Positions 40,901 through 54,415 of a stretch of 64,000 bases of DNA are shown one piece after another. The notes under the pieces were generated by a model. It saw only the letters and a program-made list of their open reading frames with translations. It searched no databases and had not been told where the DNA came from. Source of the stretch: Octopus vulgaris (lineage: Eukaryota). The stretch spans positions 51,956,001 through 52,020,000 of the forward strand of contig OX597826.1 of the NCBI GenBank assembly GCA_951406725.2, read 5' to 3'. The translations under genes and the position numbers were made by a program. Every line of letters begins with the position of its first letter. The first letter of the stretch is position 1.

Positions 40901-41395
40901 TGCAGGGAAATATTCAGAACAATATAAACTATCACGACTTCTGCCGTAATTTATTTCGGTTTTTATATTGCACTAACTTGTTACGAATTTTGCGAAATGT
41001 TTAATTTTCTGTTTCTTCGACGTATAGTTATACAGAAACTGAACAAATTATATTTAACCAGATTACCTGGTTTTATTTTTGTTACATTGATTGCAATGTA
41101 GCAAGCAAAATGAAAGTAAAATCCAAGCAAACTGCAGTTCATGAGTCACGATTTGATTTAAAGTTCAATTTCTAGTTTTCAGTCTCCGTTGCCGCCACTT
41201 CACATTATCTTGAATCGAAATGTTCCTCACGTTATCTTGGATATTACTGATGTTCAATCTCGTAAGACTCTCGCCTAAATAATTACTCGACTGTAAAGAC
41301 TTAAAAATTAATATGATCATTCCTTATAACTGATTACTATTTCCGATCTATTCAGTCATTGGGATAGACCCTAGTATCGATGCATCCTTCTAGAG

Positions 41396-41682
41396 CAGTG
41401 GTTCCCAAAGTGGGTGGTATTTCCCCCTTGTGGGCGGTGTAAAGTCGGAGACAAGTGAGGTGATAATGGGGGTAGTGATTCATTTAAAAAGTCGGGTAGT
41501 GATTCACGTAAAGCAACAAAATAATGGGTTCATTAGGTTAAATTTTATTTGTGGAATACAGTTGCTGAGAATTTGCTTCAGAAAGAGATCTATGTTTGTG
41601 ATGGTTAGTTGGGTTGGGGGACGCTAGGAATCTGGCCTGGGTGTCAATGGGGTGGTAGCCCGAAAATGTTTGGGAACCACTG
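41396..41682. mobile_element. hAT (Charlie-like) non-autonomous element / MITE, 287 bp
   Basis: Perfect 14-bp TIRs cagtggttcccaaa / tttgggaaccactg; exact 8-bp TSD ttctagag at 41388-41395 and 41683-41690. Confidence 0.93.
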
Positions 41683-42569
41683 TTCTAGAGTATTGTCAAC
41701 TACATAGAGCCTACTTATTATTATTGATTGGTACATATACATTTTAAAGTTTTCTTCTTTCAAAAATCGATATATAGGTAAAAAAAACACAGAGAGAAGA
41801 AACTAAGTAGAACTTGAACTCATTATGTAAAGGAACAACTAAACACCACAAAACATGATGGCAGAAACAGGAGCTAACTCTCCCTCATATCTTACCCAAA
41901 TTTGTGAGGAATGTAAAGAGATGTGTATTCAGGGCGATGCTGTTCTTGTCCTGGATTTAATGCATTTTAAACAAAATAATAATTTTAAAAAATGGATGTT
42001 CAGGTAACAAAAGCACATCACATTCGTTCACCTTCCATTTGCAAGGAAACTAAGTTTTCTGCCCTAAGAAATATATTAATTGCACTAAATGACTTTTCTC
42101 GCCAGAATAGAAATTACTTTTAGGCTATTTCTTTCTCTCTTACTCTAAAGAAATTTATATTATATTCCACCACTATTTCTTTTTTTTTAATACGGAAATG
42201 GATTTAAAACGCGTGATCACCAAAGTAATCTTTATTGTTATTGTTTTTGTTCTTGAAAGATATTTTAAAGAACATATATATCAGAATATTTCATCATTAT
42301 TACATAAACATATTACTTTATTGCCATTAATCTTTCGTAATGCACTTTCTGACACATACGAAAAATTACATTACTGTCAAGGCTTTCACAAATATTTATT
42401 ATCGGATTAAGAAATTTGAGACTCGCAGAATTCTTAGGGCGTCATACAAAATGACTTTCATTATTATTTATTTACCATTACATTCCGATTTCAAATTCTG
42501 CTGGAAACAACTTTTTTTAACTATCTGAGGTCAGCAACTAAAATCGGTCTTTACCGAACAGTGAACGAT

Positions 42570-42748
42570 TTTAAGGGTATCGTTGAAGGCCTAGTTGGGG
42601 GCCCAAACTTCCGAGTTCTTTTATAGGGTTTAGAAAACTGAATGACCACTGCAATAAGTGTCTGAATCTGAGAGCAGAATATGTTGAATAAAATCTTCCT
42701 GTATTTTCTTTTACCCAAAGCCAGGAACTTTTCAGCATTCCCTCGTAC
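42570..42748 (+). mobile_element. Mariner-derived MITE, left TIR lost; related to 59986-60204
   Basis: Right TIR gccaggaacttttcagcattccctcgta; KCLNLRAEYVE* transposase C-terminal relic. Confidence 0.75.
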
Positions 42749-42776
42749 ATTAACGCCAAGGCTTCTTCAGTTATTT

Positions 42777-43014
42777 TACAATTCAATAGTATTACTTCAT
42801 TAACTGACTTATTTTCGCATCTAGTAAAATATCGCGTTTTATTTAGCCTCGCATTTTATGTTCTGAGTTCAAATCCCGCCTAAATTAAATTGGTCTTTCA
42901 TTATTCCACTGTCGATAAAATAAAGTGTTAGTCAAATAGTGAGTAGATATAATCCACTAACCCATTGATTTGAAGCCTTAGAACTCTCAGAAATTATTAA
43001 CGGTACCATTGAAG
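42777..43014 (+). repeat. Local duplication copy 1 (contains an old family B SINE)
   Basis: 238 bp with 3 mismatches to 44056-44293. Confidence 0.92.
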
Positions 43015-44055
43015 GGACGCAATATTACAGAAACGGTAGCGCGATGGAGGAATTGGAATACTGTATTTCCGTAATTTTTTATTCATATTTCATTCTTTCG
43101 GGACCGATAACATAAATAGTATTGAATTATTGAAATGGATGTAATCCTCTACAGCATTATACCACCTACAATCAGCTCCTGGAAAAATGTAAAAGCAAAA
43201 GGATGTGTATGCGATTGTGTATATGAGTGTGTGCGTATCTGCAGTGTGTAATCTGTGTGTGTGAGTGTGTGTAGTATTTGTAAAGTGCACGTTAATTGTC
43301 CGGTGTGTAACCAATATCTTAGAAAAGCGTTGTTCCGTTCTAATGTGGAGATGCAGCTTGTAAAGAGAATTCATTGTATTTTGGTGAAATCTTTTGCGAA
43401 ATGACTCCTTGGTTATAAAAATTGCAGAATATTCTTACAAAAATTCAAGTCTGGAGGGCATATTGTAAAATTATATATATTTTGACATTAGTAAAACATA
43501 AATATATTATTTTATAATGTTCCCTCCAAATTTGCGCTTGGGCATATGCATGCATGCATACATACATACATACATGCATACATACATACATACATACATA
43601 CATACGTACATACATACATACATACATACATACATACATACATACATACATACATACATACATACATGTGTGTATGTGTGAGGAGAGAAATAGCTCAATC
43701 ACCAGTGGCATTTATTGTAGAACAATGATGCATTAGGGTATATTGCAAAACATGAAAGATAAATTCGTGTTTTATTGAAATTCTCTCGGCTTCCAGAGAA
43801 GATGGACAATCGCTTAGTGGCAGTTGGTACTAGCTTCCAGTACGAAGGTAAGATACATCCAATAGTCATATATATCAAATCGAAAGCGATTTTGAAAAAG
43901 GAGAGAGACTGAATTACTGGAAATAAGTAATAAAAGAAAATATGTAAGATATTCAGAGGAGATTTTAAATCAATAATCCTCTAGTCATTTGGTTTCTTTC
44001 TTACCCAGTTGTGCCGCTTCCTTTGTTTTTTTCAAAAATTTCAATTTTGTTAGTG

Positions 44056-44293
44056 TACAATTCAATAGTATTACTTCATTAACTGACTTATTTTCGCATC
44101 TAGTAAAATATCGCGTTTTATTTAGTCTCGAATTTTATGTTCTGAGTTCAAATCCCGCCTAAATTAAATTGGTCTTTCATTATTCCACTGTCGATAAAAT
44201 AAAGTGTTAGTCAAATAGTGAGTAGATATAATCCACTAACCCATTGATTTGAAACCTTAGAACTCTCAGAAATTATTAACGGTACCATTGAAG
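44056..44293 (+). repeat. Local duplication copy 2
   Basis: Matches 42777-43014; flanked by ~36-bp direct repeats at 44021-44057 and 44348-44383. Confidence 0.92.
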
Positions 44294-44734
44294 TGGGTGT
44301 AATCTATTACAGCATCTTTTTTTTCTTTTTTTAAATTTTTTTTCTTGCTTTGTTTTTTCAAAAATTTCAATTTTGTTAATGTAAATCATTTCTGTATGTT
44401 TTCTAAAGAATTTCTTGCAGCATTTTTGAGAATTTCTTGCAACCTTTTCTCAATAACATTATAGATTCTTGAAAATTATATTACACATAGATGTCATCTC
44501 TTAATGAAAGAATTTCTGCAATCCAGATTGTTTTAGATCATATATTGTTGTCATATCTCTTCAGTGTCTGTGCTAATAACTTTGACAGAAGCATGAAGAT
44601 CCCATAAAGTCTCTATCACTTTCCAGCTCAAATTTGAACCCATAAGTTTAATTTTGGATCCCTGTAGTCATAATATGATTACTAGTAAAAAAAAAAGGGG
44701 GTCATTTTTCAGGCCTTGTATCCATAGTAGAAAG

Positions 44735-44948
44735 GTCGAGCTTGCAGAATCTTTAGTACGCCGAGCCAAATGATTTTGCCGTTACGTTCTGAGGTCAGAA
44801 TCTGCCAAGGTCGACTTTGCCTTCTCATTCTTTCGGGGTCGATAAATTAAACACCAGTTAAGTACTGAGGATCGATGTAATCGGCTATCTTCCTCCAAAC
44901 AAATTTCAGGCCTTGCGCCTTTAGTAGAAATTATTATTATTATTATTA

Positions 44949-45019
<71 letters not shown>

Positions 45020-45182
45020 GTTATCATCATTATTATTATTATTGTTATTATTAATATTGTTATTATTATTATTGTTATTATTATTATTGTTATCATTATT
45101 GTTATCATTATTATTGTTATTATTGTTATTGTTATTATTATTATTATTGTTATCATTGTCATTATTATTATTATTATTATTA

Positions 45183-45228
<46 letters not shown>

Positions 45229-45232
45229 CATT
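44735..45232 (+). mobile_element. SINE family B with a ~300-bp (TTA)n tail
   Basis: Meta-like core at ~44800-44865; tail 44931-45232. Confidence 0.8.
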
Positions 45233-45505
45233 ATTTCCCTCTATCTTTAATTTGGCGCAGTCACAAAATCGGTATGACCTCGAACAATATGTACGACAGT
45301 CCTTGCAACCCGAGCAAGTCAGACAAAATGCATTGCAATTTTGTTATTATTTTCGTCACTGTAAAATCCTAGTTCAAATTCGATCAAAATTGATTTCACT
45401 CATTATTATTTCAAGATCAATAAAAAATATACTAGTAATATACCAAGACAGTTCGATCAATTAAACAACCAATCTAAGAAGAATCAATATTGTTTTCTGT
45501 TTCAG

Positions 45506-45639
45506 TTACTGGACGCAAGAGTAGGTGTCCTTGGCGGAAGTGCAGTAGAAGCCTTCATTAATCGTATTCACCGGCCGATTTTCCATGCATCACAAAATTA
45601 TTTAGTTAATTCATCTGATACTGGTATCCGAATGTTAAT
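45506..45639 (+). CDS. Internal coding exon of an NMDA-type ionotropic glutamate receptor subunit (S2 ligand-binding lobe; GluN3/GluN1-like)
   Basis: Acceptor tgttttctgtttcag and donor gtaagt flank 134 nt (phase 0 to phase 2), open as LLDARVGVLGGSAVEAFINRIHRPIFHASQNYLVNSSDTGIRML. By eye this aligns with GluN3A ..[42 protein letters not shown]. No neighbouring exons were found in the window. Confidence 0.8.
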
Positions 45640-46121
45640 GTAAGTAAACCCAAAATATTCTGAAATTCTTCAGTGTTTGTGGAGTATTTATTCTTTTCAT
45701 TATATTGTGTATGACATCCCTTCTATGCCAATATGATAATCATAAACTTAATCGAACATAAATATTCAAAAATTCGAACATCATTACTAACTTCAATTAG
45801 CTGATAAATTGTACCATTATCAAGTTTTATATACAAGCGTATTAAGGCAATTAAATAATATAAATAGTGGATATGTTTGTAAATTTCAAATTTTTACACA
45901 CTGTGACATTTGTTTTGTGGTTGTGTATTTCATCTGACAGGATGACTTCAAATAAAAAATAAGTTAATAGCGCGACAATCCAATGCGATATTAAGACAGT
46001 ACAAAAATATGCTTTTAGAAACTTAAAGAAAATATGAAATACAGAAATTTTACTGATTAGACTAACTACACAAAGAAGATAATCAATTTGTATGTATGAA
46101 CATATATGAGTGCGTGTGTGC

Positions 46122-46152
<31 letters not shown>

Positions 46153-46362
46153 TTTTGTGTGTGTGTGTGTGTAAGTAATTGGACTTAGGGTATATGTCTC
46201 TTAGTATGTCGATTAAAGCACATACACTGTTCGGGCTACCTGATGTCATCCAGAGTGAGTATATAATTTTCACTCGATCTACGTCAGGAAATCTGCCGTA
46301 TTTCATGAGTTCATAATTGATAAAGGATACGGAAGTTTGATTTAATACTAATCTTTATTCAT

Positions 46363-46471
46363 CACGACGATCGTTTCGACCCCAGCCCCTCATGTATCTG
46401 TCCGAGTGGGGTAGGATATTGTGTATCTAGTTGTGTTGTATCAATCAGTGCACTATGTGTCACTTCAGGTG
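46363..46471 (-). ncRNA. Minimal type I hammerhead-like motif (Penelope pseudo-LTR type), probably degenerate
   Basis: cac-CTGAAGT-gac...gtc-GAAAC-GATC-GTC-gtg followed by aataaa; A9 position is U. Confidence 0.5.
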
Positions 46472-46805
46472 CTTGGTGTAGAAAAATATATCCCACTAGA
46501 TATACTGAGTTCTCCTTGGCACGTTCTCACTGGTTGTACATTGGTTGTGGTTATCAAGATGGTGTTATTAGCGACAGGCGTCTAACTGTTATCTCGCACC
46601 CTGCTGGGTATCATGTTCCCCGGTCGTTCATAGATGAATGGTCGTTAGGTTTGAGGGGCACGCACACATGCATACAAGTATTTGTTTATACACATAGACG
46701 CACACTTATATATATATCGTGATCACGTGACCGACCAGGCTATCAGATGCAGCTACACATCGCTGGTCACAATACGCTTCGCTTTGATTTAGCCTTCAAA
46801 TGACG

Positions 46806-46853
<48 letters not shown>

Positions 46854-46854
46854 A

Positions 46855-47270
46855 TTCTATTTTTAACAAAATGTCTTCTGCAGAACCTCTGTACGAGTTG
46901 TAATATAATATATAAGTGCATTGTGAACACTCGAGGAGGCCCGTATGTGTGTATCGGCACTTCTTTCAAAAATCGATATAGGAACCATATAGCCTGCTTC
47001 AAAAAAGTTAATAAATGGTACTCAATATCACTAGCTGATTTCGTCTGGAAACTGAGAGACGAGAAGGTTAAATGTGAACTAACTTGGTCAATAGTAAGAC
47101 ATGCGAGTCCGTCCATCATCCTGTCCAGGAAATTCCATCTATACTCCGAAGAATCATTGTCTCTACTTTTGACGAATGATATGATTATTAATCGATTTTC
47201 GGAAAGATTGTCTAGCTGTTTGCACACAAGCAAACATAGTTTTGCACTGTACGATGCAAACAGTACATAA
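46855..47270 (+). mobile_element. Penelope-like element GIY-YIG endonuclease fragment (Neptune-like), decayed
   Basis: NIIYKCIV..CIG.SFKNRYRNH..F..SISLADFVWKL..LTWSIV..ASP; follows (TA)n; 3' non-coding region likely extends to ~48050. Confidence 0.85.
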
Positions 47271-47489
47271 GGATTTCAAATTAAATACACGAAAAATAAT
47301 AGCTAGATAATTTAAACCTGTCCGCCTCTCAAGTGACAAAATCCTGCGCCAGAACCTTGGAACTTACACGAGATAACCCGACGGCCCAGCTGTAATGCTT
47401 AACATCAGCTTTAATATTGAATGTGAACTGTTTTGAATATACGCGCGTTTGTCCTTGTAATTTGGTTTTGATCCGAGATTTTATGTGCA

Positions 47490-47875
47490 ATGTGTTATTT
47501 GTATTATATTAGATCGTGTACATTATAGGTTGTATGTCATCGCGCCTCTGAACGTTCTATCCCACTAGCTTATATAGCTAGGCAATACAGTCCTAGACTA
47601 CCTGTACAAGTTATACTTATTGACAATCCGATTAAACTCTATATTATCCAGTATGATATCGAGATTATTGTAGAATGATATTACGACAATTGCATGTACA
47701 GTCCCTGCAAAGTGTTATACGTATTTTGTTATTGGTTGTGTGTTATCGTGGCTCTGAACTTTGTATCTCACTAACTCATATAGCCAGACAATACGGTCTT
47801 AGACTACCTATATAAGTTTTAATTGGGACGATCTATATAACTCCATATTATCCAATATCTTACAGAGATTTTAGA
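47490..47875 (+). repeat. Diverged two-unit tandem duplication (~200-bp period)
   Basis: ggttgtatgtcatcgcgcctctgaac..tagactacct..atattatcca occurs twice with divergence. Confidence 0.7.
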
Positions 47876-48140
47876 AATTCTTTTATTTAATGTGAGGGAA
47901 ATCTATAAACTTACGTTGGACTGTTAAAGAGAAGTGCAGTCAAACTTAGTTCACTCAAACACGTGATGTCCGATGATGATTTATTTTCCACGGCAGAAAA
48001 TTGCGTGTAACTGCATAAAAAACAATCGAATTAAAATATTTATCGAGAGATCATTCCAATTCAGCTAAATTTGATCCACCTGCAGTTTTCCAAGCTTTCC
48101 CAGCAAGCAGCTACATGCATTTATCCTTTTGTATATATAT

Positions 48141-48308
48141 AGTTTACGAAAAATACAAAAGACGAAGACATGTGGTGTACAAAACAAACAGATGTATTAG
48201 TATAACGCTCAGGAATAGAAAAAGTCTTTTACATTTCGAGCCTACGCTCTTCTACAAAAAGGGACACAGAAAAAACAAGGAGAGAAACAAGGAGAGAAAA
48301 GAAGGAGA

Positions 48309-48310
<2 letters not shown>
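48141..48310 (-). mobile_element. Second copy of the hammerhead-like repeat (see 10676-10810)
   Basis: Shared aaaagacgaagac..gtggtgta.aaaacaaacagatgtattagtata.cgctcaggaatagaaaaagtcttttac; flanked by TA repeats. Confidence 0.65.
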
Positions 48311-48357
<47 letters not shown>

Positions 48358-48891
48358 GGTAGTGTGTGTGTGTGCATATGTTATAGGTATAAATCCGAAC
48401 ACGATCAGCATGCTAAAAGCAAGAAATAATGATATTGCAATATTTCCGGCATAGTCCCTTCATTAGTTATATATCGTAATATGAAGTTTCGTATTTATCA
48501 AAATCCTGAAATATTTTCGTACAATAATGTATAACTGTAGCACACAGATATCAGCTCCTTACTATGAAGCAAAATTTCAATAGGAATCTGAGTTGCTGCA
48601 TTGTATGGTAAATTCAAATTTCTGTAAGGGGTATAACTCATTACATTTTAATACTGATTATTACGAGTGAGTAATTTCACTATAGTTGACTAATAAGGAT
48701 GTAAAATAAGCATCACATAGTGGGAAAACTATTTTAATTCAGTTAATTTTGCTTAAATCGTGTACCATTTATATAAGTCCTGAGGTCGATTTTTTCGACT
48801 AAAACACCTCATGGCTGTGCATCAGCATGGCCGTTGTCAAATAACTGAGAAAAATAAAAGATAAAAGATAGAAACGCACTCACACACGCAC

Positions 48892-48981
<90 letters not shown>

Positions 48982-50624
48982 GCACACATTCAAATGGCTT
49001 TGAGGAAACATCAATTCTCAACTCTAGGTAGACGGACGGTTCCTTCTTGCAGAAACGTCTGTTAGCTAATGAATGTGAGTACGTAACCCCTGTGCTTTAG
49101 TCAGTAATTTATTAATTATATCTCTTTTTGTCTTGGTGTGAGTATTAGATTTATATATTATACTTTGTAAACTGGAAGTTCGGTGCATTTTTTAAGGACT
49201 TAGCCAGGAAGAAGGGGACTAGCCCTAACTTTTGAGTTGATACATAAGGTTGATGCAATGTCTCTTGCGTTTGGATAACTGTAAGGCTAGGTCTACGGGA
49301 AAAACGAGGGCGGTGCGAAGGGAATTGCAGTGGATTGAATTTAGAAAGGTACAGAGACAAAGAAAAAGTATGGTTTGACTAGAATAGCAGACATATATAT
49401 TGGGTAATGCCTGATTGAGTTTATTTGCGACAACAGATGATGTGAATAATTGTTGGATATAAATTAGTTGCCTACTAACGTAATATAGAAGTGCAATGTA
49501 GTTAATGGAAAATGTTATATAGTATCGCAGACTAGTGATTTATAATTCTATATTTGCGTTTGCTGTGGTTTATATATTTTCATACGTTGTCAAAAAGGTG
49601 TGAAGAATCGTGAAGAGAATTAAATAATAACGTATGAGTAGTTGGCTTCATCCTTTTGCACCTTAATTTTCATACATTCTCTTTCCTCCGTCTTCTAAAG
49701 GAAGCGAGTGCACTTCGAGGAAAGAAATGCTCTCTGTAGTTGTAAGCACGTTTATGATTCAAGATTATAACTTACAATTTTGAAGTGTGTTTACTGTATT
49801 CGTTCTTAAGTGTTTATTCAGTCTTCAGTTTGGCGCAGTGTGTCTATGGGAACATTGCCAGAGCATTGATGGTGTGAAAATATAGGTGAAGAATATGAAC
49901 AGAATCAAGATACGCAAGATGAGAGGGTGGCGCAATAAAGTTGTAAGAAAAAAAGAGAAAGTGTGGAGAAGCATAAGAAAGTTGTTTATATAAAAGTACA
50001 CAAAGGGTAGCAGATTATGCTTGGAATTGTTCGATATTTTGATTTTGTTTTCTATTTGTTCTGTAATTTCAGCGTTACATTTTTATTAATAAGCTTTCTT
50101 TTTTTGTTATTTTTGGATATTTATTTTCATATTTTAATCTAATACAAACATTCTGTGAAATGTTTGGTTGAAAAAATATTTATTTTTCTGAATAATTTCA
50201 ATTTACGAGGTTTATTGTTATCTTGATTTTCTTTCTAATACCATCAAATACATATTGACGTTAGCATCATTGTTACTAATCCTCCTCTTCCTCTACCTCC
50301 TCCTCTTCCTCCTCCTCCTCCTCCTCCTTCTCCTCATCATCACCATCATCATCATCATCATCATCATTAATCATCATCATCATCACCTCTGTCGTTCTTG
50401 TCATTGTCATCTTCCTCATTATCATTCTTGTCATGGGGATATTTTTATGGCTGGGATCATTGTCCTGTGTCTAGTGGTATTAGAAGTAATGCTGTATCTA
50501 TAGTATCAGCAATTATATAAACGACAACAGCAGCAACACATGCAGCAGAAGTAGAAGTAGAAGTAACACCTACGCCAGATAAAATGCTTGAATCTCTTCA
50601 CTTTATTTATCTTTTATCATTTTG

Positions 50625-51014
50625 TCTTTTACTTGTTTCAATCATTAGAGTGCGGCCATGCTGGGATACCGCCTTGAAGGATTTTAGTGGAACAAATCGA
50701 CCCAGTGCTTATTTTTAAGCCTGGCTCTTATGCTATCGGCGTCTTTTGCCGAACCATTAAGTTATGGGGGACGTAAGCAAACCAACACTGATTCTCAAGC
50801 GATGGTTGGGGAAACAAACACAGACACACGCACACACATACTCTCACGTACATAAAGATGTATACGAGGGTCTTCTTTCAGTTTTTGTCTACCAAATCCT
50901 TCTATTCAGAAGACCTTGGTCGACCCGAGGTGCTGTAAAGACACCCAAGGTTCCACTGAGCCAAGAACCACGTGGTTGGGAAGCAAACTTCATACGTCAC
51001 AACCACGCCTGGCC
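50625..51014 (-). mobile_element. Older SINE family A copy
   Basis: gcggccatgctgg, ttttgccgaacc, ttctttcagtt..tctaccaaatcc. Confidence 0.8.
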
Positions 51015-52333
51015 TATACTCATATTCCGATTGTTCTCATGTCCATAGGCTAGTTGATAGGCTTTCAAGGTGGATCCTCTGCATACAGATCGGTCCAAGT
51101 CCCAGAGCACCCACAATGCATTATTTTACAAAAGTTAGCAAACATGTATGTTTTCGTGTATTTCCTCGTTTTCTCATCTTTATACCGGGACCCTATATGT
51201 TTCCCCATGAAATGAACAGGCATTTAACACTGTGATTGTTACGCTATATATTGGGTCTGTAAGTGGGTGCTCAGTTGATAGATCTGTTCGAAGGTTGGGT
51301 AACTAATAAAGCCATAATGGATGAGTATGGCTCTTCGTAAGTTGACGTATTTTCCTATGAAAAGCACAGAGCATTTCACCCTGGGAATCTATGAAGATTA
51401 CATCTATGAAGAGTATTAACAGATACGTTCATCTATTCTTGAATTTCTGTTGAAAATTTATTGCACTCAACCGTCCAAAATTATCAGAAATATTTCAGAT
51501 TTAAAGTTTCACATAATTCATGTTGATGTATAAGAAATCAAAATATCTGTACAAATTATCTTTCAAAAAACAGTGAATTCGACCCATTAATCATATTACC
51601 TTATTTATTTTCGTTTCGTCAAAAACTATGGAGATACATTCGAATCACAAAATAAACTATGATCATAAAATAAAATACTAGCCTGATATCAGCCATGAAA
51701 TTCATGTATTTAGGTTTACACTAAAGGCTATTTACATTGTTCATGAGATATCATAAGCGTATATTTCTGCAAAAAAAGTAAAAACTAAATTTTACAAAAT
51801 CATGTTTTACAATCATATCTTTTTTAAAGAGTTTTAATTAAATTACAAGCTTCATTTTCAATTTTAATAATCGAAGTTGAGATGAGGCCCCGTGAGACCC
51901 AAATCAATTTTGTGTTGTCTTCAGATATTTATCGTGGAAGCTCTGGGTGTACGACATAATCAGCCGTCTGGTTCATGTTGGATGTGTTAGTATTGCTTAG
52001 TCTGGAAAGTTTGACAGAAATCTGTGTATATCCCCTGGATTTATATTTGTAAAACTGTTGAGTTATTTATTTTTAACTGTTGTGTATGTTTTTAACTCGT
52101 GGGTTTTACATTCTAACTTCTGAGTTTCTGTTTACAATTTGGTTTTTTACTCATAAGAGTTGGATTCCTGTAAGAAACTGTTGTTTTCAACAGTTGTGTT
52201 TCAGTATAATAATGCCAGCTTGCTGTAATTTTTTTACTTTGATTTTGCTTTCAAAGATCTTGAGGCTTACAATTTTGCGTTACTGCTTTTAACGCTTGGA
52301 AATGCAGCTCTTGAATTTTAACGTTTAAGCCTA

Positions 52334-52386
<53 letters not shown>

Positions 52387-53575
52387 ACAGTCAACTTCAG
52401 TCAAGTCTTAGTAACTTATTACTTCGATGTTTAATTTCCTATTTCCTTATTGAATATTTTATATGTCAATATTTTATATAACGTGTTCTATTTTCCCTGC
52501 GGAATGCTTAGGGAAAATGTCTTCAGTCGTAGCTTCGCTCGACTAAATTTTTGTCCACTAAATTTGATCAATGGAATTTGATCGAGTTAAAAATGGTTAG
52601 ATGGGCCATTTTGGTTTAGGTTGTCATTCCTGTAACAGTTCTCGCCAGCATTTATTTATTGTTTTTTTATCACCACGCTTTTGTCTGTATTCTGTATTCT
52701 TCCCTGCTTGCTTTTATTATTGTCACTATTGTCAAAGTTATAATTATGATAAAAATAGTAAAAAGATGAAACCGACAACCCTATTGTAAATAAATCATTA
52801 TTACCATCAATTTTATTATCTCCATAACTTCATCTTCACTACAATATTTTTATACCCTTATTTCATCATTATCATCATTCTCCTCGTGATCGTCGTTATT
52901 ATTATCAACTCTTATTTCCAACGTGATGGTTTGTATAAACAGAAGCTAAAATGTATGTTTATTTTGCAAATATACAAATATATCTAAACACATCGAAACC
53001 GTTCGGTTGCGGATAATATCTCTGTTGGAGCTCAAAGGGACTGCCTGGTGATAAGACAATCAGCTGCTTGTGACTTTTAATTCGACAACTGTTTAAGTGG
53101 TTCGTTGCTTGGATGAGTGGTCAGTTGGTTGAGGGATTGTTTAGTTGGCGGGTTGTCTGTTTGGTTGTTTGTTTGTTAGCTGTTGGGTTTGTATTTTGGA
53201 TGACTGGTTGGTTGGTTTGATGACTAGATGTTTGGTTGATTGGGTATTTGTTTGGCACATCGATCAATTGGGTACGGGTTGGTTGACAGGTTATATGAGG
53301 TATTGTAACTCCAAATAATGTGAAAATGTATGTACATATGTATAATTGTCTATACATTTTCATGTACCACTATATATATATACACATATATATATATACA
53401 CACATACATACGTACATACATACATGTGTATGTTTATACAGGTACGTATTTATACATGTGCAAATGTGTGATTTTTACAACTAATTGAAGAAAGGCATTG
53501 GAATCGTGATGGTTAACACACAATCAGACACATACGCACGTAGGAATCAATATTTGTGTTTATGTATCTGCTTCT

Positions 53576-53665
<90 letters not shown>

Positions 53666-54008
53666 GTGTTTGAGTGGACGACTGGTTAAGAAATTCTGTT
53701 CGGAATAACATAATCCCGGGTTCGATTCCAATGTGAAGGATCTTGGGAATAATAGAAGTTTTTTTTTTATATATATAATCATGTAACTTCGGATCAACCC
53801 AAGCCTTTTGTGTGAAATTAGAAAGTGAGGAAACACGCTCGTAACACACTGCATCACGCTAACTCTGCCACATAAACATAATAAATTACATGTCTCTGTG
53901 GAATGCATACCTTTATATAAGTTACTTCCTGTGAGAGTAAATCACTTTGATCGAACAACTGAATTCACACCATCGTATATGTGCGTGTGGTTTATGTATG
54001 TATGTATA

Positions 54009-54415
54009 CTCTTTTACTCTTTTACTTGTTTCAGTCATTTGACTGCGGCCATGCTGGAGCACCGCCTTTAATCGAGCAACTCGACCCCGGGACTTATTCT
54101 TTTGTAAGCCCAGTACTTATTCTATCGGTCTCTTTTGCCGAACCACTAAGTAACGGGGACATAAACACACCAGCATCGGTTGTCAAGCAATGCTAGGGGG
54201 ACAAACACAGACACACAAACACACACACACACATATATATATACATATATACGACAGGCTTCTTTCAGTTTCCGTCTACCAAATCCACTCACAAGGCTTT
54301 GGTCGGCCCGAGGCTATAGTAGAAGACACTTGCCCAAGGATTCCACGCAGTGGGACTGAACCCAGAACCATGTGGTTGGTAAGCAAGCTACTTACCACAC
54401 AGCCACTCCTGCGCC
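54009..54415 (-). mobile_element. SINE family A, full length
   Basis: Reverse complement of the family A sequence including head and tail. Confidence 0.92.
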
